DNA of 32,000 nucleotides from Cupriavidus necator (GTDB lineage: Bacteria; Pseudomonadota; Gammaproteobacteria; Burkholderiales; Burkholderiaceae). The notes beneath the pieces are model-generated. The model saw only the letters and a list, made by a program, of their open reading frames with translations. It made no database searches and had not been told where the DNA came from. The stretch covers positions 810,001 through 842,000 of the forward strand of contig NZ_CP066019.1 in assembly GCF_016127575.1 (NCBI RefSeq), in the 5' to 3' direction. Made by a program: the position numbers and the translations under genes. This document shows, in pieces, positions 14,381 to 22,318 of the stretch (the first letter of the stretch is position 1; each line of letters opens with the position of its first letter).

Positions 14381-16300
14381 TCAGCGGTACAGCACCGTGG
14401 GCAGCCAGAGGCCGATGCCGGGGAAGACGTAGAGCAGCACCAGCGCAATCAGCTGGATGCCCATGAACGGCAGCATGCCCAGGAAGATCTGGTTCAGCGT
14501 GACATGCGGCGGCGCCACGCCCTTCAGGTAGAACGCGGCCATTGCCACCGGCGGCGACAGGAAGGCGGTCTGCAGGTTCAGCGCCACCAGCAGCCCGAAG
14601 AACAGCGGGTCGATGCCGAAGTTATCCAGCAGCGGGATAAAGATCGGCATGAAGATGATGATGATCTCGGTCCATTCCAGCGGCCAGCCGAGCAGGAAGA
14701 TGATCAGCTGCGCCAGGATCATGAACTGCACCGGCGACAGGTTCAGCGACAGCACCCACTGCTCGACCAGCGCCTGTCCGCCCAGCAGCGCGAACGCGGC
14801 AGAGAAGATCGACGAGCCCACGAACAGCCAGCACACCATGGCGCTGGTCTTGGCCGTCAGCAGCACCGATTCCTTGACCACGCGGAAGTTCAGCTGCCGG
14901 TACGCTGCCGCCAGCAGCGCGCCGCCGAGCGAGCCCACCGCCGCGGCTTCGGTCGGCGTGGCCAGCCCGAACACGATCGAGCCCAGCACCGCCAGGATCA
15001 GCAGCGCCAGCGGGAAGAACGACGACAGCAGCATCTTGAAGATTTCCAGCCGCGCGAAGCTGAAGCGCCAGTAGAAGTACACCAGCACCGCCGCCACGGC
15101 CGCCAGCGTGATCCAGAACCAGCGGGGTGCGGATACTGCAGCCGCCGCCGGCACTGGCGCTGGCTGCGCCCCGGCTTGCGCTGCGGTCGTCGGTGCAGGG
15201 GTGGTAGCGGCGGGAGCGGCCGGCGCTGCGGGCGCAGCGGATTCTTCCACTGGCGGCGCCTGCAGGTCGTCGAGTGATGCGCTGCTTTCCTCGGCGCCTC
15301 CCATCGACAGCGGTGCCTCCACCGCGACGCTGGCGGCGGGCGCGGTGACCACGCTGTATATCGTTCCCATCACCAATACCACGGCGATCGCCGGCAGCAG
15401 CACGATGCCCAGCTGGCGCGCGAACACTGCCGTCGGCAGGTCGGCATTGCGCGGGCCCTTGAGCGCGCGCATCAGGCCGGCACCGAGCGCAGGCAAGGCA
15501 TGGGTGGCGCCGCGGGCTTCCAGCGTGCGCGCCACCGGCGGCAGCGGCACCACCCGCTCGGCTTCCGGCAGCGGCGGCGCGAGCGCGGGCTTGAGCTTGG
15601 CCAGGATCAGGAGGTAGAGGATATAGAGCCCGGTCAGCATCAGGCCCGGGAAGAACGCGCCCGCATAGAGCTGCACCACCGACACGCCCGCGGTGGCGCC
15701 GTAGACGATCAGCAGCACCGACGGCGGGATCAGGATGCCCAGGCAACCGCCCGCGGTGACCGCGCCGGCCGACAGCGACGTGCTGTAGCCCGCGCGCAGC
15801 ATGGCGGGGAAGGCCAGCAGGCCCATCAGCGTGACCACGGCGCCGACGATGCCGGTGGCGGTCGCGAAGATCGCGCAGGTCACCAGCGTGGCCACCGCGA
15901 GCGAGCCGGGAATCCACGCCAGCGCAAGGTGCAGGCTGCGGAAGAGCTTTTCGATCAGGTTGGAGCGCTCGACCAGGTAGCCCATGAACACGAACAGCGG
16001 GATCGAGATCAGCACGTCGTTGGTCATGACGGCATAGGCCCGCTGCACCATCAGGTCCAGCGTCTGCTGCACCGCGATCGTGGGGTCGGCGTGGCGGTAG
16101 GCCAGCCAGGAGAACAGCACGCCCATGCCCATCAGCGTGAACGCGGTGGGGAAGCCCAGCATGATCGCCACCACGATCAGCGCCAGCATCAACAGGCCGA
16201 GGTGTCCGTTGGTCCAGTCCGCCGGCGCGGGCATGAACCACGCCACGGCGCCGACGATCAGCACCATCAGGGAAATGCCGAACCACAGTTCTTTCCTCAT
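14381..16300 (-). CDS. TRAP transporter large permease (DctM-like) with an internal low-complexity insertion
   Basis: 639 aa and polytopic. DctM-type motifs (IPLFVFMGYLVE, GILIPPSVLLIVYG, IIIFMPIFIPLL). Its start overlaps the DctQ stop (ATGA at 16297-16300). Confidence 0.9.
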   Translation of the reverse strand: MRKELWFGISLMVLIVGAVAWFMPAPADWTNGHLGLLMLALIVVAIMLGFPTAFTLMGMGVLFSWLAYRHADPTIAVQQTLDLMVQRAYAVMTNDVLISIPLFVFMGYLVERSNLIEKLFRSLHLALAWIPGSLAVATLVTCAIFATATGIVGAVVTLMGLLAFPAMLRAGYSTSLSAGAVTAGGCLGILIPPSVLLIVYGATAGVSVVQLYAGAFFPGLMLTGLYILYLLILAKLKPALAPPLPEAERVVPLPPVARTLEARGATHALPALGAGLMRALKGPRNADLPTAVFARQLGIVLLPAIAVVLVMGTIYSVVTAPAASVAVEAPLSMGGAEESSASLDDLQAPPVEESAAPAAPAAPAATTPAPTTAAQAGAQPAPVPAAAAVSAPRWFWITLAAVAAVLVYFYWRFSFARLEIFKMLLSSFFPLALLILAVLGSIVFGLATPTEAAAVGSLGGALLAAAYRQLNFRVVKESVLLTAKTSAMVCWLFVGSSIFSAAFALLGGQALVEQWVLSLNLSPVQFMILAQLIIFLLGWPLEWTEIIIIFMPIFIPLLDNFGIDPLFFGLLVALNLQTAFLSPPVAMAAFYLKGVAPPHVTLNQIFLGMLPFMGIQLIALVLLYVFPGIGLWLPTVLYR

Positions 16301-16926
16301 CGGCCGGCTCCAGGCTGGTCGTCGCGCGGCGGCGGTGACTCGGCCAGCTCAGCGGTAGGGGTGCCTTGCACCATCTCCTTGAGCTGCTCGACATCGACTT
16401 CCTCGACATCGCCTTCGCGCGGCGGCCAGCTGCCGTTCGCCAGGCACAGGATGCAGCGGATGGTCTCGGCCGCGCCCTGCAGCAAAAGCAGCGCGCCGGC
16501 CACGGGAATCACTGCCTTGAACGGATAGATCGGCGGACCGTCGGCGGCGATGGAAGAGTGTTCGTCCTGTGCCAGCGAGACCTCGAAGAAATCGATGCCC
16601 GCCCAGGCCAGCGCGATCACACCGGGGAAGAAGAAGGCCAGGTAGAGCACCAGGTCGATTGACGCCTGCATCCGCGGCGGCAGGAAGCCATAGAGGATGT
16701 CGCCGCGCACGTGGCCGCGCTTGGCCAGGGTATACGCGCCGGCCAGCATGAACATCGTGCCGTACAGCATATTGCTGGCATCGAACACCCAGGCGTGCGG
16801 CGTGCCCAGCGCATAGCGCGAGAACACCTCGTAGCTGATCATCAGCGTGAGCCCGATGATCAGCCACGCGCCGGCCTGGCCGACGAAGGTGCTGATGCGG
16901 TCGATGCCAAGCAGCAGGCGTTGCAC
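16297..16926 (-). CDS. TRAP transporter small permease (DctQ-like)
   Basis: 209 aa, 4 TM helices (IDRISTFVGQAGAWLIIGLTLMISYEVFSRY...). Positioned between the SBP and the large permease. Confidence 0.85.
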   Translation of the reverse strand: MQRLLLGIDRISTFVGQAGAWLIIGLTLMISYEVFSRYALGTPHAWVFDASNMLYGTMFMLAGAYTLAKRGHVRGDILYGFLPPRMQASIDLVLYLAFFFPGVIALAWAGIDFFEVSLAQDEHSSIAADGPPIYPFKAVIPVAGALLLLQGAAETIRCILCLANGSWPPREGDVEEVDVEQLKEMVQGTPTAELAESPPPRDDQPGAGR

Positions 16927-16951
16927 GGTATGGCCCCCGGAGTGGCGCGGC

Positions 16952-18112
16952 TCAGGTGCGTTTGGAGAAGTAGTGGCTCGTTGCCAGCCGGAAATCGACG
17001 TTAGTGTCGTTCTGCCAGCGCGTGGCGCGCTCGGCGAAGGCCTTCATCGAATCATTGACCTTCTTGAACATCGGGTTTTCCTTTTCCTTGCGCGCCACGA
17101 TCTCATCCCATACCTTCAACTGCGCCTGCAGCACCGAGTTGGGGGTCGCGTAGAACTTCACGCCTTGCTTCTGCAGCGCCTGGTAGTCCTTGGAATAGCG
17201 GTCGATCGCCTTGATCGACATATCCGCGGACGCCGCTTCCACCGCGTTGGCGATCAGCGCCTTGAGCTTGGCCGGCAGCGCGTCATAGCGCTTGCGGTTG
17301 AACAGGATCTCGAACTGCTCCGAGGGCTGGTGGAAGCTGCGCAGCATGCAGACCTTGGACACGTCCTGGAAGCCCAGCGCGCGGTCGGAGCTGGCGTTGT
17401 TGAACTCGGCCGCATCGAGCAGCCCGCGGTCCATCGCCGGCACGATCTCCGCGCCCGGCAGCGCGTTCACCGCGGCGCCCAGGCCGGTGAAGATGTCGAT
17501 CGACAGCCCCACCGTGCGGAACTTCAGCCCCTTGAAGTCTTCCGGCTTGGTGATGGGCTTCTTGAACCAGCCCAGCGGCTGGGTCGGCATCGGGCCATAC
17601 AGGAACGACACCACGTCCAGGTTGAGGCTGCGGTAGATCTCCTGCTGCAACTCCTTGCCGCCGCCGTACTTGTGCCAGGCCAGCAGCATGTTCGGGTCCA
17701 TGCCCCAGGCCGGGCCCGAGCCCCACAGCGCCAGCGCCGAGTTCTTGCCATACCAGTACGCGATCACGCCATGGCCGCCGTCCAGCGTGCCCTTGCTGAC
17801 CGCGTCGATCAGGTCGAAGGCCTTGACCACCGCGCCCGCGGGCAGCAGCTCGATCTTCAGGTCGCCGCCCGACATATTGTTCACCTTGGTGACGAAGTCG
17901 CCGGCGAACTCGTGGAAGATGTCCTTGGTGGGCCAGGTGCTCTGCCAGCGCATCGTGACCGGGCCTTGCGCCTTGACGATGGCCGGGAAGCCCATTGCCG
18001 CGGCGCCAGCGGCCGCACCGGCGGCCCCCCCAAGGAAGCCGCGCCGGGAAACGCCTGGCTTGGTTTCCGCTTCAGGTTTTGCTGCGCCTGCTTTCCTTGT
18101 CCTGGATGCCAT
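16952..18112 (-). CDS. TRAP transporter substrate-binding protein (DctP-type, COG4663-like) with a Tat signal
   Basis: Twin-arginine motif SRRGFLGG...AIVKAQ-GP. Typical body (WQSTWP, FAGDFV, YWYGKN, FHQPSEQFE). The ATG at 18112 has GGAGG 6 nt upstream. The ATG at 18124 (track) has no RBS. Confidence 0.9.
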   Translation of the reverse strand: MASRTRKAGAAKPEAETKPGVSRRGFLGGAAGAAAGAAAMGFPAIVKAQGPVTMRWQSTWPTKDIFHEFAGDFVTKVNNMSGGDLKIELLPAGAVVKAFDLIDAVSKGTLDGGHGVIAYWYGKNSALALWGSGPAWGMDPNMLLAWHKYGGGKELQQEIYRSLNLDVVSFLYGPMPTQPLGWFKKPITKPEDFKGLKFRTVGLSIDIFTGLGAAVNALPGAEIVPAMDRGLLDAAEFNNASSDRALGFQDVSKVCMLRSFHQPSEQFEILFNRKRYDALPAKLKALIANAVEAASADMSIKAIDRYSKDYQALQKQGVKFYATPNSVLQAQLKVWDEIVARKEKENPMFKKVNDSMKAFAERATRWQNDTNVDFRLATSHYFSKRT

Positions 18113-18384
18113 GACCGCCTCCATTTGCTATGTGTGGGATTACCCGCGAGCGCCGACCATGGGGGCCGAGACAACTCGCCACTGACGCGAACATCGGAAA
18201 AGTCGGGAAATCTGAAGCATGCCGGGCCAGTGGCCGCGCGGCAGAAGCGGGCGTGCAGGTGGCCCGTGATTCCCTTCATGGTAGGAAAGGGACAGGGAAC
18301 CACAATCTAGGGATTACCCGCGCGGTGTGGGCCCGCGCACTTCGTGGCGGGGCCCGCCGATGCCGCGGATCCGGGGCTGGGCGC

Positions 18385-19080
18385 TCAGGTGCGGGTGATG
18401 CCGACCGTGAACTCGGCCTCCAGCAGCCCCGCTGCATCGGCAGCCTGGCGCACGCGCATCTGGTTCGGGTGGGGTCCCGCGATCGGGTCCTGCGTGGTGG
18501 CGCGCGACGGCACGCCGTGCGCGCGGTAGGCCGGGTGGCTGCCCAGCACCTCGCGGTTCAGGGTATCGCTGAAGTACAGCTGGCTGGTCAGGGCTTCCGA
18601 CCGCCCCAGCAGCACCTTGAAGTGGATATGGATGGCGCGTGGCGCGTACCAGCCGGGATAGATCGACGTGAACGTGGCCACGCCGTCCTGGCTGGTGGGC
18701 TGGACGCCACGCAGGAAACGCGCCTGGCGGTTGCCGCGGCCCTCGCCGCTGTAGCTGCCGTCGGCATCGCAGTGCCAGATGCTGACCAGCGCACCCGGCA
18801 CCGGCGCGCAGCCGCGCCCGGCATCCACCACCCGGATGCACAGCCGCAAGGGTTGGCCAGGGCGGTCGTCGCGGATGTCGGTGCGCACCAGGGCGTCGTC
18901 GAGGTAGAAGGGGCCTTCGGTGGCGGCGGGCGTCAGCAGGCAGGCGGCGGGGGTGGCTGCTGCCGCCGCGGGCGCGATGCCGGCAGCGGCAAGCAGGCCG
19001 CCCAACTCATGCAGGAAGCGGCGGCGCGCCGCGTCGGTGGCTGCCGCGCTGTCGGCGCCAATTGCCGGGCGCACTGTCAT
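18385..19080 (-). CDS. Tat-exported intradiol ring-cleavage dioxygenase-family protein
   Basis: RRRFLHELGG twin-arginine leader. Core TEGPFYLDD, VSIWHCDADGSYSG, YPGWYAPRAIHIHFKV (the RxxHIHF iron-ligand region of protocatechuate/catechol intradiol dioxygenases). Confidence 0.8.
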   Translation of the reverse strand: MTVRPAIGADSAAATDAARRRFLHELGGLLAAAGIAPAAAAATPAACLLTPAATEGPFYLDDALVRTDIRDDRPGQPLRLCIRVVDAGRGCAPVPGALVSIWHCDADGSYSGEGRGNRQARFLRGVQPTSQDGVATFTSIYPGWYAPRAIHIHFKVLLGRSEALTSQLYFSDTLNREVLGSHPAYRAHGVPSRATTQDPIAGPHPNQMRVRQAADAAGLLEAEFTVGITRT

Positions 19081-19146
19081 GGTGGGCTCCGAGGTGATCC
19101 GGGTGCGCCTTGCGGCGCGTGGTGCTGCCGCGCCGGCGCCGAGACG

Positions 19147-19356
19147 TCAGCGTCCCATCGCCTTGAGCATCGAGTAGCCGTGGCTGGTAATGCGCGGCTC
19201 CTGCCGGCGGCCGTGCAGGATCTCAAGTTGTACGAGTTGCTTTTCGACCAGTGCCTTCAGGTCGATGGGGTCGATCTGGCGGGAATCGCTGGAATCGAGA
19301 GAATCGGGGCCGTCGCTCAGCAATAGCAGCGTGGCAAATTCATGCGGGCTCAGCAC
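19147..19356 (-). CDS. Small hypothetical protein (69 aa)
   Basis: GTG start with AAGGAG 6 nt upstream. Its codon usage is less GC3-biased than that of neighbouring genes. No recognisable motif. Sits 66 nt upstream of the dioxygenase-like gene on the same strand. Confidence 0.5.
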   Translation of the reverse strand: MLSPHEFATLLLLSDGPDSLDSSDSRQIDPIDLKALVEKQLVQLEILHGRRQEPRITSHGYSMLKAMGR

Positions 19357-19719
19357 GTTCGTCTCCTTGGCTAGAGGGGGGCGTTTGCTGGGAGTCTGCG
19401 CGGCGCAGCAGCGCCAAACGCGGGAAGATTGTCAGAAGCCCTGGAGACGATGCGGCACATGCCGCCCATGCGTGCTGCGCCGCGGTGAAATGCTGCGGCG
19501 CGGCATCCTGTCTCCGGCGACTAATTGGTTTGACGAGGCCGGCAGCACGCGGTTCCGTGCAACCGCTCGCGGTTACATGTGACCGGGCGTCGCACGCCGT
19601 GATCGTCATCCGCCGCTCATTATCAGCCTGTCACGATGACAATGTGATGGCCATGCCGGTACTGTGGAATTGGGCGGCAGCCTACCGCCCATTGCACCGC
19701 TTGCGCCGCATCGCGGCGT

Positions 19720-20187
19720 CTATCGGTCCTGCTGCTCGCGCCACGCCTCGTACAGGTCGATGCCCTCGTCGCGCGCCGGTACATAGGCCAGCGTCATCTC
19801 CCGTTGCTCCAGCGGCCGGGCCAGCTCGATATAACCGCGCTCCGCGGACAGGTCGTAGGGTTCGCCGTCTTCATTGGAGTAGGCGTAGTAGACCGCCTTC
19901 ACGCCGGCCAGATACATTGCCGACAGGCACATCGAGCAGGGGTAGCCGCTGGCGTACACCGTGCAGCCGCTCAGGTCCGGCTTGCCCAGTGCCCGGCTGG
20001 CGGCGCGCACGGCCTGCATTTCGGCGTGTGCACTCGGGTCGCAGGTGGCGTCTACCTGGTTGACCGCGCGGGCCAGCACCTCGCCGTCCCTGACGACCAC
20101 GGCGCCAAAGGGCCAGGTATTGCGTTCGCGCACGTTCTCCATGGCGAGGCGGATGGAATCAAGCAGATAGGCTTCTGTCGTGGACAC
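19720..20187 (-). CDS. CDA-fold nucleoside/nucleobase deaminase (guanine deaminase / TadA-like size class)
   Basis: 155 aa. Zinc motifs HAEMQAV and PCSMCLSA (H-A-E ... P-C-x-x-C). Confidence 0.85.
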   Translation of the reverse strand: MSTTEAYLLDSIRLAMENVRERNTWPFGAVVVRDGEVLARAVNQVDATCDPSAHAEMQAVRAASRALGKPDLSGCTVYASGYPCSMCLSAMYLAGVKAVYYAYSNEDGEPYDLSAERGYIELARPLEQREMTLAYVPARDEGIDLYEAWREQQDR

Positions 20188-20444
20188 GCGTTGTCTCCCT
20201 TGAGGCCTGGCCCGTGCAGGCGGACGATGGTTCGGGCCTCGGGACTATAGGCCAGCGTGCACGGGCATGGTGGCGTGGGTTGTTATAGGGCATATTTGGG
20301 CCTTGCGCGTGCAGCACCGGTTATTGGCGATGGCACTGGCGTGCATTCGAATCCATAACTTCGCGCGGCGTGGCTGGCATGACAGAATGCACCGGACCGC
20401 ATCGACACCCCTTACACCCGAGGCATCCGCACGGAGGAAAGAAC

Positions 20445-21119
20445 ATGCTGGTGGCGCGCCTGTCCATCTGCCTTGCCCTGGTCATTGCCATGCTGATATC
20501 CACCCCAGCCGCCGCCGCCGGCGGCCCGCCCGAACAACAGTTGCGCGAGGCCGCGGCCAGCGGCAACGCCGCGCAGGTCACCGCACTGCTTGGCCAGGGC
20601 GCCAGCATCGATGACCGCGATGCGCAGGGACGCACGGCGCTGCTGCTGGCCACGCACCACAACCGCGTGCAGGCGGCCAGGGTCCTGGTCGATGCCGGCG
20701 CCGACGTGAACGCGAAAGATGCCATCCACGACAGCCCCTACCTGTACGCCGGCGCGCGCGGCTACAACGAAATCCTGCGCCTGACGCTGGCCCATGGCGC
20801 GGACCTGCGCAGCACCAACCGCTACGGCGGCACCGCGCTGATTCCCGCCGCCGAGCGCGGCCATGTCGAGACCGTGCGCACGCTGATCGCGGCCGGCGTG
20901 GCGGTGAACCATGTCAACAAGCTCAAGTGGACGGCCCTGCTGGAGGCCATCATCCTTGGCAACGGCGGGCAGGCCCATACCGAGATCGTGCGCCTGCTGG
21001 TCAAGGCGGGCGCCGACGTGAACCTGGCCGACGGCGACGGCGTGTCGCCGCTGCAGCATGCGCGCCAGCGCGGCTATACGCAGATCGAACAGATTCTCAG
21101 CGCCGCCGGCGCACGCTGA
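20445..21119 (+). CDS. Secreted ankyrin-repeat protein
   Basis: The ATG at 20445 has GGAGGAAAG upstream. Signal peptide MLVARLSICLALVIAMLISTPAAAA. At least 5 ANK repeats (G.TALL.A....H..VV..LI.AGADVN pattern repeated). Confidence 0.85.
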   Translation: MLVARLSICLALVIAMLISTPAAAAGGPPEQQLREAAASGNAAQVTALLGQGASIDDRDAQGRTALLLATHHNRVQAARVLVDAGADVNAKDAIHDSPYLYAGARGYNEILRLTLAHGADLRSTNRYGGTALIPAAERGHVETVRTLIAAGVAVNHVNKLKWTALLEAIILGNGGQAHTEIVRLLVKAGADVNLADGDGVSPLQHARQRGYTQIEQILSAAGAR

Positions 21120-21182
21120 ACCCTGCGCCGCAAGGCGGCTCGCTCTCGCCTGCCTCATATATACTGTCAGTGTGCATACAAA

Positions 21183-21725
21183 ATGGTGAGAGCGATGTCT
21201 GCGAGAGCAAAACGCAACGCAACGAGTGGCAGTCATGAGGTGGCGGATGCCATGCCGGAAGCCGATCCGGCAAAGGAATTGCTCTGGGCCCGCCCGGGGT
21301 TCCTGGTGCGGCGCTTGCACCAGATCCACGTCGCGATGTTCTTCGAGGAGTGCAAGTCGCCCAATATCACGCCCGTGCAATATGCCATCCTGACGGTGCT
21401 GTCGGTGCTGCCGGGATTGGACCAGACTTCGCTCGGGCAGGAGGTCGGCCTGGACCGGACCACGACCGCCGACGTCGTGCGCCGGCTCGAGGAGCGCGGG
21501 CTGGTAGAGCGCCGCGACAACCCCGCCGACCGGCGCACCCGCCACGTCCACCTGACGCGGGAAGGCAAGAGCGTGGTCACGGCGCTGCGTGGCGACATGG
21601 CGCGTGCGCAGGAGCGCATGCTGGCGCCGCTGAAGCCCGCCCAGCGCGAAGTGTTCATGGACCTGCTGGCGACGCTGGTGGAAGCCAACAACCAGTACAG
21701 CCGCACCGTGCTGCGCAGCATGTGA
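21183..21725 (+). CDS. MarR-family transcriptional regulator
   Basis: ITPVQYAILTVLSVLPGLDQTSLGQEVGLDRTTTADVVRRLEERGLVERRDNPADRRTRHVHLTREG is a canonical MarR wHTH plus wing (DxRxxxxxLT.xG). An alternative start is ATG 21195. Confidence 0.85.
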   Translation: MVRAMSARAKRNATSGSHEVADAMPEADPAKELLWARPGFLVRRLHQIHVAMFFEECKSPNITPVQYAILTVLSVLPGLDQTSLGQEVGLDRTTTADVVRRLEERGLVERRDNPADRRTRHVHLTREGKSVVTALRGDMARAQERMLAPLKPAQREVFMDLLATLVEANNQYSRTVLRSM

Positions 21726-21730
21726 GCCCG

Positions 21731-21753
21731 GCGGCGGGCGCAAGGCCCGCCGC
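21731..21753. terminator. GC-rich hairpin between the convergent MarR and oxygenase beta-subunit genes (candidate bidirectional terminator)
   Basis: GCGGCGGGC-GCAAG-GCCCGCCGC, with a 9-bp stem and 5-nt loop, in a 42-bp convergent gap. There is no clear U-tract. Confidence 0.4.
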
Positions 21754-21767
21754 GCCCCCAACGCGCG

Positions 21768-22292
21768 CTAGACCGGGTAGACCAGGTCGTTGGCGATGAT
21801 GGTGGTGTCGTAGACAACCTGCCGCTCGCGCAGCAGCAGGCTGCCACCCTGGCGGCGGAAGCGGTCGTAGTAGGTCCCCGCCAGGTGGATCGTGGTGGGG
21901 CCCTCCACCAGTGTCTGCAGCAGCATGTAGTTGGCCTGTGCCACGATATCGCCGTCCGCGGTTTCGTCGCTGACCCGCGTGTTGGTCACCAGGTGCAGGT
22001 TGTAGCGCGGCGCGAACATCTGGGTATTGGCAATCGCAGCGGCGCGGTCGCGCATCATGCCCACCCCTTCGGCGTAGACCAGCCCCACCGGCAGGTTGCG
22101 CTCGGCATTCTCGCGCGCGGTGATCCGGTAGAGCGCATCCTCGGTGAAGAAGCGGGGCCATTGCTCCACCAGGCCGGCGTCGAGCACCGCGCAGTATTCC
22201 GCGTGGAAGGCCTCGATCTCCAGTCGCAGTTCAATGGCGCGCGCGGTGCCGAGGGCGCTCTCGCGATAGAGGGAATAGTTCATCGGTTTCAT
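21768..22292 (-). CDS. Rieske-type aromatic ring-hydroxylating oxygenase, small (beta) subunit
   Basis: 174 aa with an NTF2-like beta-subunit pattern (FHAEYCAVLDAG..WPRFFTEDALYRI...YNLHLVTN). Lies directly downstream of the alpha subunit. Confidence 0.85.
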   Translation of the reverse strand: MKPMNYSLYRESALGTARAIELRLEIEAFHAEYCAVLDAGLVEQWPRFFTEDALYRITARENAERNLPVGLVYAEGVGMMRDRAAAIANTQMFAPRYNLHLVTNTRVSDETADGDIVAQANYMLLQTLVEGPTTIHLAGTYYDRFRRQGGSLLLRERQVVYDTTIIANDLVYPV

Positions 22293-22318
22293 ATTCTGGG
22301 AATCCCGTTAGCCGCCGT

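Noticed and set aside
13219-16409. Alternative-frame minus-strand ORFs 13219..14448 (409 aa) and 14622..16409 (595 aa)
   Set aside because: They are same-strand frame shifts of the MFS and DctM genes. Their translations are Arg/Pro/Gly-rich and not membrane-like, whereas the chosen frames give clean TM patterns and family motifs.
18212-18233. Sigma-54-like TGGC...GC element upstream of the TRAP operon (minus strand TGGCCCGGCATGCTT)
   Set aside because: The GG-to-GC spacing is 8 nt instead of the required 10, and the -12 region lacks TTGC. I judge it a chance match.
20412-21761. 449-aa minus-strand ORF
   Set aside because: It is antisense to the ankyrin-repeat and MarR genes, which have unambiguous family signatures. 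It is low complexity and has no RBS.
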